A stretch of DNA of 64,000 bases from Octopus sinensis (GCF_006345805.1 NC_043011.1:48434464-48498463), one strand, 5' to 3'; numbered from the stretch's first letter, positions 39,981 through 54,625 are shown. Numbers and translations: made by a program. Notes: generated by a model from the letters alone, not told the origin.

Positions 39981-40402
39981 TGGAGTGGCTGTGTGGTAAG
40001 TAACTTGCTTACCGACCACATGGTTCTGGGTTCAGTCCCTTTGCATGGTACCTTGAGCAAGTGTCTTCTACTATAGCCTCAGGCTGACCAAAGCCTTGTG
40101 AGTGGATTTGGTAGACTGAAACTGAAAGAAGCCTGTTGTATATATATATATATATATGTATGTATGTACATATATATATATATATATGTATGTGTATTTA
40201 TATGTTTGTGGTCTGTGTTTGTCCCCCCCAATATCGCTTGACAACCGATGCTGCTGTGTTTACGTCCCCGTAACTTAGCGGTATGGCAAAAGAGACCAAT
40301 AGGATAAGTACTAGGCTTACAAAAGATAAGTCCTGCTGTCTATTTGCTTGATCAAAGGCACTGCTCCAGCATGGACACAGTCAAATGACTGAAACAAGTA
40401 AA
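39981..40402 (+). mobile_element. SINE family A, full length
   Basis: family motifs. Confidence 0.9.
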
Positions 40403-40578
40403 AAAATAAAAGAACAAAGAAATAAAATTTGATGTGCCAATGGGGCGACAAAACATAGAATTAATCAAGGAATTTCATATATCCAAGAATAAGCTGGCTA
40501 CCCTGGGTAAGTGATTGCTTGCATCTATATTATTCAACCTCCAGGCTCATACTGAACCCAGGTTTGAAATTTCCCAAA

Positions 40579-40624
40579 GACACCCAAAGAAGGCTGGAGG
40601 ATATATCAGCTGAAACGTTGTGTC
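40579..40624 (+). ncRNA. degenerate hammerhead-like motif
   Basis: GACAC-CCAAAGA-A-GGCTG(10 nt)CAGCT-GAA-ACGT-T-GTGTC; stems preserved, core decayed. Confidence 0.5.
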
Positions 40625-41233
40625 AACAACAAACAAGATGAGGACGAATATCCGTCAAATGTAAATAATGTACATAATTCCTCTTCTCTTGAATATAGAA
40701 CTGTATGCGTGTACTTGCCAATGTTATTTCAATGTAGCTCATCTCTCATCCGCATCTCAATCATAAAATGCATTCTAGTCCCAACTTTTTTTTGGGGATA
40801 TGATGTAACATTATACATTTTTCTTTATTTAGATAGTAAAGTGTGATTTCAGGGAAATTTGGTCCTTATTTCCAGCAGTTCAAGTCTTCTTCCCCCATTT
40901 ATCTAGATGAAGGAATCATCTATGTGATGCCTGGTGTGTGCAGCTGTACAATCTCGTGTAAAAATCTCGTCCTGCTCGGGCATCTATTGTTATAATATGA
41001 TGAGGTACACCTTCTTCACGACAAGAACATGTATACACGTATGTGCAGATACAGATGAATCTGTTTCTCTGTAGACATATATACATTCACAAAACACATA
41101 AGAGTAACATTGCTTGCCTTTAATGATAACAGTCATTAATGTAACAGTCTATCTGGTTGCACACTTGCAACTCCACAATAATCAACGCAAACATAAGCAC
41201 ACACACATGCAAGCTCAAGCGTAAGGACACATA

Positions 41234-41235
<2 letters not shown>

Positions 41236-41283
<48 letters not shown>

Positions 41284-41587
41284 TACATATATATGTGTGT
41301 GTGTATATATATGTGTGTATATATATGTGTGTGTATATATTATATATATATATATAAATATATATATATGTATAAATATATATATATTTATATTACATAT
41401 ATATATATATATAAATATATATATATGTATAAATAAATATATATGTATAAACATATATATATGTATAATATATATATATATATATACATATATATGTGTG
41501 TGTATATATATATTATATATATATATATATAAATATATATATATATACATATATATGTGTGTGTATATATATATATATATTTATATT

Positions 41588-41675
<88 letters not shown>
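41236..41675. repeat. (TA)n/(TG)n compound microsatellite
   Basis: direct reading. Confidence 0.97.
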
Positions 41676-41903
41676 CAATAATATGCATAAAATGCTCACG
41701 ATATTACACAGATAAGCATGCACAAATAATACCCTAATAAACACAGGTACTCAATAACACATAAGCACCGTCAATTCTTCTTACATTTATACACACATGC
41801 TTTCAAAAAAGGCATTAGCACATATTGAACACTACGTAAGAGTACACACGCTTCACACATACAAATATATAAGCATATATTTGTAAACAAAACTAAACAC
41901 AAA

Positions 41904-41958
<55 letters not shown>

Positions 41959-42315
41959 CACACATATATATATATATAGATATACAATAAAAGAAAAAAA
42001 TTCTCATATTTTTCTATAAAGCTTTCTGAAAAATTGTTTTATGTTCAAATTTGACCCATTAGTTATCATCAAAACCTAACTCAGCCATAATTCCATTGAA
42101 TCCATCTGGCAATTTATTCCTGTGAAATCTCTTACCAATCTACAGATATTCTTCAAGATAATGTAAATCTTAACAGTAATGTTCTTTTCCTCACAGACTC
42201 TTTTAGATTTTTGCGGTTGATTTGTAGTTTCTTTTGTGAGGCATTTAACGCAAATGTAAATATAAGAAAATAAATGCATAGACGAATATATATACAACCC
42301 CACCATTTATTGATT

Positions 42316-42347
<32 letters not shown>

Positions 42348-42395
42348 TATAATTATATAATTATATATATACACACACGTTCATGTGTGTGTGTG

Positions 42396-42427
<32 letters not shown>

Positions 42428-42632
42428 GTGTTTGTGCTTCTGTTTGTCATGTTTATGTTATCACATGCTAACGCATGAAGGTGTTAGATACTTGCTAAAG
42501 AAATGAACAAAGTCTATTACTCACATGCAAGCAGACAGGCAGACAGACAGTCAGACAAGCATATACACATACATGTGTACATATACATATATACATACAT
42601 GTGTATGACTGCACACTATTTTTGTGTGTATC

Positions 42633-42678
<46 letters not shown>

Positions 42679-43687
42679 CATACACATGCATACACAGGCA
42701 AAGAAATAGAAATACAGAGAGAGAGAGAGAGAGAGAGAGGGAGGCATATACATCCATCCATATATACATACATGCATACATACATATGTGTGTGTGTATG
42801 TATGTGTATCCTATCCAATAAACATGTGCTTCAATCGGTTGTCTTTAAGGCAAATCTATCCATTATCAAAATTTCTATTCGAACCATAAATTTTTATCCC
42901 CAATCCATATAAACCAAGACTGGATACATAAGAGAACTGACTAAACGATGGACTTCTAATAAGTTCATTTCTATTTTTTTTTTTTTTTTTTGTTACTCAG
43001 CAACGGAAATAAACTTGATTCAATACTAAAAATAAATGGAAAAATTAAAAAGAAAATGAGGCAAAAATGCACTATCTTTCATTCACTGTATTTATCTTCA
43101 CATTTTTATAAAATATTATTTTCACAAACACGTATTCTGCCGACCCACCACCCTGGAAAAATAAATAACATTGGCTGATGTAGCCTGACTTTTCGGTTAG
43201 CAAATCTTATGAGAAACCTTTTGAGCCTTGGACAAAAATGCTTTGCAGTATGTATTTATGGTGCTTTATGTTCTGGAACAAAGTCAACCTTTTGTTGAAG
43301 ATAATGTTGCCATTTATCCTTTCTTAGAATGATAATATAAAATACCAGTCATGCACTGGGGTTGGTTTTAATCTACACATTTTTTTTATTATTTTACATA
43401 TTATTAGTACATATTATTAGAAAAGGTAGTGAATTGCAGATTATAACAATGCTTTTTAAAGCTTTTCCACTCTCTGTTCAAATCATCTAGGTTAAACTTT
43501 ATTGTTTATAATTTCTGAAAATACCTACACTAATGGTTGTGTGGTAAGAAGCTTGCTTCCCAACCACATGGTTCCAGAAGACACATGGGCAAGTGTCTTC
43601 TTCTATAGACTTGGACCGACAAAAACCATGTGAGTGGATTTGGTAGATGGAAACACACACGTTCATGTGTGCGTGTGCATGCATCAT

Positions 43688-43734
<47 letters not shown>

Positions 43735-45319
43735 TTATTATATATTGTTTATTCATTTTTGTACTTTTTATGATCTAGTTATATGTTTTAAAATATATTT
43801 TATTTTTTATTTATGATTTGTTTTATGTCTATCATTGTTTGAATTGCATAATAGTGGTTTTTCTCTAATTTATATATATTATATATCTATATTGTGAAAT
43901 TTGATTTAATACTAAATTGAATTTTTCCCCGTAAGTTTGGAGTTATACTCCCTAATATTATCATATGTGTGTGTGTGTTTGTGTGTCTATGTTTGTCTCT
44001 TAACCATCACTTGACAACTGGTGTTAGTGTATATATGTCCCCATAACTTAGCGTTTCAGCAAAAGAAACGATAGAATAAGTACTAAGCTTATAAAAAATA
44101 AGCTCTGGGGTTGAATTCTTCAACTAAAAGAAGGTGCTGCATCATGGCTGCAGTTAAATGACTGAAAAGAATAAAAGAATATGGTCATTTGAAAACACAT
44201 ATCCTATGGTCGGTGCTGGATTAACCAATAAGCAAAATAGGCACATACTAAGAGCTTAGTACTTATTCTATCGGTTCTTTTGCTGAACTGCTAAGTTATG
44301 GGGGACATAAATACACTAATATCAGTTGTCAAGTGATGGTTAGGGGACAAACATAGACACACAAACATATACATATATATATATATACGACGGCTTCTTT
44401 CAGTTTTTATCTACCAAATCCACTCACAAGATTTTGATTGGCTCGAGGCTATAGAAAAAGACACTTGCCCAAGGTGTCATGCAGCCATTAATGCAGGTAT
44501 TTTCAGAAATTATAAATGATAAATCCTTATGTATTCAGCTTTACTTTTCATCCTTCTGGCAAAAGTTAGTCTCACTTCAGAACTTGTAATAATTTCATCC
44601 ACTACACTTCACACTAAAATTTGCATGTCTTGTGTCTAAATGTCTATTTCCTTATCTATATCATATTTGTCATCGTCATCATCACCATCATCATCCTCAT
44701 AGTCACTCCAACCATCACCCTCATTTTCCTCCTCCTTCACTCTTCTTCCTCCTATTCCTCTCTTCCTCCTTCCCTTCCCGCCTCCCCTTTCCCCTTCTCC
44801 TCCACCCCACTCCTTCCCTTTCTACGTCACCTCCTCCTCCTCCTCCCTGTGTTGTGAAGTGGTAGACAGGCCAAACCAAAACGCCCAACAGTTGTTAATT
44901 ACAAAACTACTGATTCTAAGTTCAAATTCTGCCACTGCCCACTTTCCATTTGTTATTCTAGGTTCAGTGAAATACGTACTTGAAATTATATTAGGTCAAT
45001 TTGTTTAAGCAAACTTGACTTCAATCAATACAAAAGCATTGTAAAAAAAATTTTTTTTTAATCATTACACTCACGGCTATCATCATTATTATTTTTACTA
45101 TTATCATCAAAGGGAAGTTATATCTATTATTTGCTATTGCTACTACAAACGATACAGTTCATAATATTTGCACAATTTATTTTTAAAAGTGTATCTTTCT
45201 TCTCAGTTCTTCCACATTTCAATAATCTGCAACATGCTTCTTTGTTTTTCGGGCCTAACATAGTTAAAAAAGACAAAACAAAAAAAGCACAGAAGCTTTT
45301 TATCATATGTTAAATTGAT

Positions 45320-45438
45320 TGAATAATATATATACATATACATATGTATATATATATATATTTGTATGTATATATAATATATATATACACACACATACAT
45401 ATATATATATATTTATATATGTATGTACGTATATATAT

Positions 45439-45469
<31 letters not shown>

Positions 45470-45584
45470 TACACATATATATATATATGTGTATGTATAT
45501 ATATATATATATACACATATATTATATATATATATATATGTATGTATATATTATATATATATATAATATATATATATATATATG

Positions 45585-45625
<41 letters not shown>

Positions 45626-45695
45626 ATATATATATACACACATACATATATATATATATATATGTATGTATGTATGTATGCATGTATGAATGTAT
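45320..45695. repeat. (TA)n compound microsatellite
   Basis: direct reading. Confidence 0.97.
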
Positions 45696-46623
45696 ATGTG
45701 TGAGTTGGGGGATGAAAGAGCACAAGTGTACTTAAAAATTCCCTACTTGCAACAAATCAATGCAAATTGTTTAAATCTTAAGATAAACATGAAAGAAAAT
45801 ATTTAAAAACAAAGTGAAGGTTACACACACAGAAATAAAATAAAATGAAATAAAATTTGTAAAAGCAACAGCATTGAATAAATATTTGATAAGTGAAACA
45901 TCATGCCATATTGTTGGTTTTCCTGCTTTACTTTTCAATTTTCGGCTGGTAGCGCTTTATCTATATTGACTGGTGAATTTTCAAAAACCTAATTTTTTTT
46001 TTTTTTTAAAAAGTCATTTTTTTTTTTTTAAAAAGTCATTTTTTTTTTTTTTGCATTCTTTATCTTTTGCTTACTTCTTCGTCGTTTTTACTTTGGCTAA
46101 GTGCAGCATATAAAAACTTACGCAGACTGTTAAAAAGAACAAACGTTGCTGCAATGCAATGCAATGCAATGGTATGCAATGCAATACAAAACAAATGCAA
46201 ATAGCAATAGCAATAATGCAATGATGCATCACTTCGCTTTATGTTATTTCAAAACAATTCCTGAAGCAATATGAGAGAGTATATATATATATATTATATA
46301 TATATATTTTTTTTATTACATCTTCAACACAACACACCACTGCATTCAATTACAGGTATAGACCGAAATTTTGGAAAACTTGGGAACTGTGCTGAGCTGT
46401 AATAACTGATTACTGTTTCTTTGTTTTTTTACCATTTATTTTATTTTATTTTATTTATTTATTTTGCTTACTTTCTCCTTGCAATCCTCTTGAGTAATAA
46501 AAGGTTCAGATATGTAAAGATAAAAATAAAATATTTCCAACACACATGGTGACCATCACAACTGTGGTGTATATATATATATATATATGCATACATATAT
46601 ATATTTATTTATTTATATATGCA

Positions 46624-46676
<53 letters not shown>

Positions 46677-46853
46677 GATGGGGGAGGCAGTTTGCCAAGA
46701 TAAGACTTTACATAATTTTTTTTTTTTGCTCACTTCTTTCTTTATTCTGTAATCTGTGTTTTGCACTCCATGTAAAATACATCTCAAACTTAACTGTGTT
46801 TATCAACTTTGCTATCTCTTTCCCGACTCCCTCTCTCTCCATACACACACAAA

Positions 46854-46895
<42 letters not shown>

Positions 46896-46965
46896 TTATA
46901 TTTATATATAGATATACGAATAAAGCTAATGAGATACACACACACACACATACATACATATATTC

Positions 46966-46997
<32 letters not shown>

Positions 46998-47154
46998 GTG
47001 TGTGAATGTATGTGTGTACAGTAGGCTTCAACACAGTTCTTGTCTTCCAAACTCCACTCACTCAAATTGAGGTTATACAACAAAACACCCAAGATGGTGT
47101 GCACGGGAACTACATAGATTAAACAATGTCTTCATTACCCAGTCATTCTTGTAC

Positions 47155-47412
47155 ATCATCATCATCATCATCATCATTTAACGTCCGCTTTCCATGCTAG
47201 CATGGGTTGGACGATTTGACTGAGGTCTGGTGAACCAGATGGCTGCACCAGGCTCCAATCTGATCTGGCAGCGTTTCTACAGGTGGATACCCTTCCTAAC
47301 GCCAACTACTTTGAGAGTGTGGTGGGTGCTTTTACGTGCAACCAGTATGAGGGCCAGTCAGGCAGTACTGGCAACAGCCACGCTCAAATGGTGTTTTTTA
47401 TGTGCCACCTGC
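47155..47412 (-). mobile_element. RTE LINE 3' UTR fragment
   Basis: family motifs, (CAT)n tail. Confidence 0.8.
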
Positions 47413-47590
47413 AATTGCTAATATATTAAAAAAAGAAAACAAATGTTGGTAGCAAATATTTGTATTGACTAACTCATAAACCTTTACACTGAAGACAACA
47501 GGGAACTGAGAATTCAATACATTGCAGAGTGTGTGTGTGTGTGTAAATTAGAAACAAATGTTGCTTAACTCAAAATATGTCAAGAAAGAC

Positions 47591-48116
47591 TTTCTCACTT
47601 CCTGAGCGTTATATTAATACATCTGTTTGTTGTTTACACACCTGTCTTCATCTTTTGTTTGTTTTTGAAAATTCTCACTACATACGTATATATGAGAGAG
47701 AGAATGAGAGACAGCATTCAGTCAGTATCATTAAATCTGGCCACTTGGCTTCCTTGAAACAACAGCCAGATATTTCTCAAATTATACCTTGCTATCAGAT
47801 GAAAGGACATAAGGATGACGTATACCTGTGAGTCCAAGTGAAGTACTGGGTGGTCATGGTTGGACTCACAGGTATACGTCATCCTTATGTCCTTTCATCT
47901 GATAGCAAGGTATAATTTGAGAAATCTCTGGCTGCTGTTTCAAGCAAGCCAACTGGCCAGATATATATATATTTAATGATACTGACTGAATGCTGTCTCT
48001 CATTCTCTCTCTCATATATACATATGTAGAGAGAATTTTCAAAAACAAACAAAAGATGAAGACAGGTGTGTAAACAACAAACAGATGTATTAATATAATG
48101 CTCAGGAAGTGAGAAA
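47591..48116. repeat. long inverted repeat: arms 47591-47837 and 47860-48116, 22-bp spacer
   Basis: arms are reverse complements differing by about 7 substitutions and 2 TA indels (manual alignment). Confidence 0.95.
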
Positions 48117-48118
48117 TT

Positions 48119-48154
48119 CTTTTACGTTTCGAGCCTATGCTCTTTGACAGAAAG
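48119..48154 (-). ncRNA. degenerate hammerhead-like motif next to the inverted repeat
   Basis: CTTT-CTGTCAA-A-GAGC(ATAG)GCTC-GAA-ACGT-A-AAAG; stems I and II perfect, core changes A6U and G8A. Confidence 0.5.
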
Positions 48155-48423
48155 GAACAAGGAAATACACAGGGAGAGAAAATAATAAAGGTTTAATGGC
48201 TTGCAATTTATATATATATATATATATATACAAAGGTTTCTTTTTGTTTCCATCCTCTAAATCCACTCAGAAGGTTTTAGTTGACTCCAGACTACAACAG
48301 AAGACACTAGAGTAAGGTTCCACAGGGTAGGATTGAACCAGGAATGAAGTCTTTGGGAAGCAACCTTCAAAACTCCACAACCATGGCTATACTTATACAT
48401 AAACATGCATACACATGAACACT

Positions 48424-48500
<77 letters not shown>

Positions 48501-49662
48501 ACACACACATTTGCACATGTGTAAACCACTGATTTTCGATTTTTGTTTCCTATAATAAAAAAAAAAGTAAAAAGAAACACAAAAAAGTAGAAGAGAGTGT
48601 TTATAATTCTTCATCTATTTCCTCATAACCTTGTCATTTAAAGAATAAATATTCTTTGTTTATTCGTTTATTCAGTGCTTAATCCATAAAAACCTTCATT
48701 TCAAAAGCTTACACACAATGTCTCTCTTTTGGCTCGCATTTTTCACTTAACTATAAATGTAAAATTAATTCCAGGCAAACATTGAAACTTGGACAACAGA
48801 TTGTCAGATTCCTGGTGGTTGACCTGTTCTATTATAAAAACTTAGTATTGATTTTATTTCCAGTATCACCCATCCATAATATTTATGAAAGTCTCTTATT
48901 CGACACTCTTCTAACGACATAAATAAAATACAGCAGAAGCTCATAAATCTTTAAGTAAACAAGCAACTAAAAAAAAAAAAATCATATAACAATAATCAAT
49001 CAATCAATCAATCAATATAGTTTTGGAATGAGAGCGGTGAGTGCAACACAGCAAATTGATCTATCAATGAGTTTTAATCTCCAGTTGAAGCTATTTTGCA
49101 TTATTTACATAACAAATAGAATGAAAAAAAAGACATGCCCATCACAGATTCCTGATGCAGCCCTCTGGCTTCCCAGACCCCGGTCGAACCGTCCAACCCA
49201 TGCTAGCATGGAAAACGAACGTTAAACAATGATGATGATGATGATAACAAATGGAACGAAAAAAGACACGCCCATCACAAATTCTCCTGAGCCTAGTCAC
49301 AGAGCAAATAGTAAACTCTTCAGGAGTTGGTACTGCATCATCATCATCATCATCATCATCATCATTTAGCGTCCGTTCTCCATGCTAGCATGGGTTGGAC
49401 GGTTCAACTGGGGTCTGTGAAGCTGGAAGGCTTCATCAGGCCCAGTCAGATCTGGCCCTTCCTAACGCCAACCACTCCGTGAGTGCATAGTAACTTTATT
49501 TAATTGTTAGTTAAATGGCATTTCAAGTGATGAGTGCAGCACCACAAATTGATCCATCAATGAGTTTTGATCTCCAGTTGAAGCTTTGGTTGAAATTAAA
49601 TAATAGAAATTTGTCCTATTGTAAAAAAGTAGGAGGTGGTAGTAGTTAGGTTATAGAGCCTT

Positions 49663-49761
49663 GCTTCGGTTGAGATTAAATAATATAAATTTGTCCTATT
49701 GTAAAAAGATTTGTCCTATTTACAAGAGGACAAATTTATATTATTTAATCTCAACCGAAGC
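49663..49761. repeat. 35-bp perfect inverted repeat (small MITE-like hairpin)
   Basis: GCTTCGGTTGAGATTAAATAATATAAATTTGTCCT at 49663-49697 and its reverse complement at 49727-49761; a third diverged copy near 49585. Confidence 0.9.
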
Positions 49762-50509
49762 ATTTGTTATTTACATAACAAATGGAATGAAAAAAGAGAT
49801 GCCCCCCACAAATTCCTGATCCTAGTCACAGAGCAAATGGTAAACTCTTCAGGAGTTGGTACTGCGTAGTAACTTTATTTAATTGTTAGTTAAATGGCAT
49901 TTCAACTTTAGGTACTAATTTTTATTCATTTTATAATTAAATTATTACATTTATCTATTTGTTTTTCTAGATTCTTGATGTGAAATTGTGTGTTGAAACA
50001 GATATTGCTAAACTTAGGGATGGTCATATTTTGGATAAAGAGTCAGTGGAGAAGTCACAGGATGTGTAATGAAAGAGTTTTTATTAAAGACATTAAAACA
50101 ATGATAATAATAAAGTTGAAGTAAAGAACAAGCAGTGTGTGTGTTTAATTGACAAAGCAAGGTTCATAGTGTTTACCTTTTTTTTATTTTCTTGAACTCA
50201 ACAAAACACTGATGAATGGATAGAGCTACTAAACTATTGGCCAATAATATGGAAAGGTTTAACATAGAGAATCTATTATGCATTATGATACACAGAATCA
50301 GATGTGTATTTTATGTGATGTACCTATATAGAAAAGTTATTTCTTAGTGAAAAAAAAAGCAAGACAATGATTGAAAACTTGAGAGTTGCAATTTCAAGTT
50401 TGGAACCTCATAAGAATCTGGTCTTATTTTGTATAAATGTTGTTATTGACATAAGCTCTCAGTTTAAACAGAATAGGATGATCCTTTACAGAAAAAGTGA
50501 CACGTTACC

Positions 50510-50940
50510 TTTTATCTGTTTCTGTCATATTGACTGCGGCCATGCTGTAGCACTGCTTTGAAGGGGTTTTAGCCAAAACAAAACGACCCTTAGTCGTTTT
50601 ATTTTCTTAAACCTAATACTTATTCTACCAATCTCTTTTACCAGTCAATAAGTTTCGAGGATGTAAACACACCAAAACCAATTGTTAAGCTGTGGTGGGT
50701 GGTAGACAAATTCAGACACAAACAGGCACAAATAGATACATACATGTATATATATATATATACATACATATGACACGTTTTTTTCAGTTTCTGTCTATGA
50801 AATCCACTCACAAGGCTTTAGTCAGCCTGAGACTATAGCAATAATAGAAAATACTTGCCCAAGGTGTCACACAGTGAGACTGAACCCAGAACCATGTGGT
50901 TAGGAAGCAAACTTCTTACCACACAGCCACACCTGCACCT
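50510..50940 (-). mobile_element. SINE family A, diverged
   Basis: family motifs. Confidence 0.8.
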
Positions 50941-52759
50941 GTGTTGATAACTTTTTAATTTTTATTTTATCTTTATGATAATGTAATGCAACATGCTGTG
51001 TTTAACAGAAATATTATTTCTAAGGTGTCTCTACCATAAATCTTTATTTATTAAACTAACACCATTTCTTCTGGCGGATAGAATAATATTTACAAGGTGG
51101 CTACATATAAAATACATTTTCAATAAAATAACACCATATTATGTGTTAAACAATATTATTTATAAGGTGCCTGAACCTAAAATACTTTTTGTGAAAGTAA
51201 CACCACACTTTTTGATGAACAATAGAAGCCTTAAAAGGTGTCAATCCCTGAATTAAAAGAGTACATCACTAAAGTACAGGAGTCCTGGGGAGAGACCCAT
51301 TGCAGAATTATGTAATTTCACTCTCTAAATCATGTTTTTACTTGAAGTAATCTTCAAAGGCTAAATGTATTCATAAATTATAGACTATTACATTAAAGCA
51401 GTAAATATATTTGTAAGAAACATGTTATTAGCTGAGTAATATGAAGACAGGAGTAAATTACATGTCTGCTATAAATGGAAAGAAATATCATTCAAGACTT
51501 GTTGTTTAGCTGGAATAATTCTAGCCTCCACTTATAATTTTTTTTTTTTTTACTGAGAATATATCCAGAGCTATCAAATGTGTCCTCCATTTTTGAAACA
51601 GTAGCTATGACTTAAGATAGATTTGGTTTCTATTTCTAGCAAATGAAATGTCCTGCTAGATCAGGCCTGGCCAACACGAATTACATTGCGGGCCACTTTA
51701 ATCACAGTAAGCTTTTTGAGGACCGCTTGTATACCGACAGAATTGAAAGCATTCTGCTTTCTCACACTGCTCTTTCAATAATGAATGAATGACTGTTGAC
51801 GTAAACACACCAGCATCAGTTGTCAAGCGATGTTGCGGGGGACAAACACAGACACACATACATATATATATATATATATACATATATACAACAAGCCTCT
51901 TTCACTTTCCGTCTACCAAATCCACTCACAAGGCTTTGGTCGGCCTGAGACTATAGTAGAAGACACTTGCCCAAGGTGCCACGCAGTGGGACTGAACCCG
52001 GAACCATGTGGTTGGTAAGCAAGCTACTTACCACACAGCCACTCCTACGCCTATTAACATATTTAATATCATCAACATGAAGAATACTAAATGGTTAAAT
52101 GTTAGTAAAGATAGTACTCTACATCGTATAAAAACATCATTATAGAAATACTAGAGAGATAGCAAATTAATTGAACCCTGAGTATATTCAAATTCTCTCC
52201 AATTAACCAGTTTAAAGCTTCTGCTATCAAATCAATCGAAAGACCAAGTTACATCATCAACCTCCTCTTACAATGAAACATTAAAAGCCTGACAGATTAA
52301 AAGACTAAAAGGATATATTAAGTTATTCAAGTCGAACATCAACAATCGTTGCATCTCACATCAACGCTAAGACATCACATGATTATCTTCAACTTAAAAT
52401 TGACTAAAATCTTTTGTACTTTCCTCTGGCTAAAATGAAGTAACTTGATAAAATGATGTGACACAGATAAATTGTAATTGATGGTGTTGTTGTTGTTGTT
52501 GTTATTGTTGTTGTTGTTGTTGCTGTTTTTGATTAGCCCAGGTCAAAACCTGATTGAGCAAGTATACAGTGGAAAGCATTCAAGTTACAACAATTCGGTC
52601 TTTTTAACAGACTTAAAACTAAATAATTTAATCTGTACTGCCTTTTGTCAAGATAACAGTGAGATAGGCTATTATTTCTAGTAGGTGGAACAGCTGTATA
52701 GAGCGAGCTTCTCACCACACAGTCATGCCTGTAATTTATTCACATTAGTTTGATTTAAT

Positions 52760-53193
52760 CTGCATTATCTCAAAGCTTTGAGACTTTGATGATGTTCTTA
52801 TACTCTTTTACCCTTTTACTTGCTTCAGTCATTTGACTGCGGCTATGCTGGATCATAGCCTTTAGTCAAATCAAATCATCCCAGAACTTATTCTTTGTAA
52901 GCCTAGTACTTATTCTATCGGTCTCTTTTGCCGAACCACTAAACACACCAGCATCGGTTGTCAAGCAATGTTGAGGGAACCAACACAGACTCACAAACAT
53001 ATACACACATATATATATACATGCATATATACGACAGGCTTCTTTCAGCTTCCGTCTGCCAAATCCACTCACAAGGCTTTGGTCAGCTCGAGGCTATAGT
53101 AGAAGACACTTCCCCAAGGTGCCATGCAGTGGGACTGAACCCGGAACCATGTAGTCTGTAAGCAAGCTACTTACCACACAACCACTCCTGCAC
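52760..53193 (-). mobile_element. SINE family A
   Basis: family motifs. Confidence 0.85.
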
Positions 53194-53649
53194 CGAAATG
53201 TGATTATTTCTTTTTAGAAGGACATTGCAGAGTTAGTGTGAGAGGTCAGATCTGGTTAGTTTGATCATAAAACAGGTAGAATATTTTGGCTGGATATGGC
53301 CAGTTTAAATGCTAAACAGTTAAGATGGTTAAATATGATTTGAGAGAGATTTAAGAGTTATTTCTAGCAGGGCATGCAATAAATGTGGGGCTTCCTTGGC
53401 ATCTTTATCCATCACAGATTTTACTTTGTTGCTGTAAAGAAGCAACCCACAACAACAGCTAAATTGCTAGAACCAGACAGATCTGTGCGGTGTTCAAGGC
53501 CCCCTGAACTCCATGGATGATCATCTCCATGCTACATTGACACCTCAGCCAACCATCCTTTTTATTGTATACACAGCATCGTAAGTCTTGAATTCAGTGT
53601 TGCATGTCAATAAAATGTTTGTCAGCCATGTGGTATGTCCATTGCTATA

Positions 53650-54010
53650 TATCTGTGTATGTGTGTGTGTGAGTGTGTGAGTGTGTGTGTGAGAGTGAGT
53701 GTGGGAGTGTGTGTGTGAGTGTGTGTTAGTGGTGTGTGAGTGTGTATGTGAGTGTGTGTGTATGTGTGAGAGTGTGTATGTGTTTGTGTGTGAGTGTGTG
53801 TGAGTGGTGTGTGTGAGTGTGTGCATGTGTGTATGAGTGTGTGTGTGTGTGTGTGAGTTTGTGTGTATGAATGTATGTGAGTGTGCACATGTGTGAGTGT
53901 GTGAGTGGTGTGTGCATGTGTGTGAGTGCGTGCGTGTGTGTATAAGTCTGTGTGTGTGTATGTGTGAGTTTGTGTATATATATGTATATGATGTGTATGT
54001 GGGTGTGAGA
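53650..54010. repeat. cryptic (TG)n/(GAGTGT)n microsatellite
   Basis: direct reading; source of the HT-rich ORFs. Confidence 0.95.
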
Positions 54011-54548
54011 CCATTCAAGCATGCATATGTGTAAGTAAAATATTTACTTGTGTGAGTAAATGTACATCTGTCTGTCTGTGTGTGTTTGTGTGTTTCTGTT
54101 TGTACAATTATTTGTACATTCAAGTATATTTGTATACTTCTGATAATTTTTGTCATACATCAAAAAATTTATAAGGGATGATTCCGATGATGATGACGAT
54201 GATGACAATGATACAAATGCTGATGGTAGCAACGCAAATGATGATCATCATCAACATCATAAACAAGATGTTGGTAACAGTAGTGATGCTGATGGTTATA
54301 AAATTGATAGCCCAGAAGATGAAGCCGTGGCTGATTATACACATGTCAAAGAAATAAGAAATATTGATAAAATCCCACCAGAATCTTTACCCAAAAATCT
54401 CTATAATTTCAGTGTAGTCCTAAATACAAGAGAAAACCTAAAGGTCAAATGTAAAGCTCAGGGTGTGCATGTTTGCATCACATTCTTTTTTTTTTTTTAA
54501 TTATTTATTATTTTTTTTTTTTGGTATTGCTTTTTATTGGCATTGCAG

Positions 54549-54625
54549 ATGATTTATGCAATCCGCATTTTTCTGTTGGATCTGTTAATTCTGCGAAAGA
54601 CTGGATCAAAGAGAAGAAGCATTGA
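54549..54625 (+). CDS. candidate terminal exon, product unknown
   Basis: acceptor TTTTTTGGTATTGCTTTTTATTGGCATTGCAG; phase 1 reads (x)DLCNPHFSVGSVNSAKDWIKEKKH*; followed by ~400 bp of non-repeat sequence. Confidence 0.25.

Noticed and set aside
54150-54500. 116-aa acidic ORF
   Set aside because: The first half is a decayed (GAT)n tract, there are no convincing splice sites, and it runs into poly-T.
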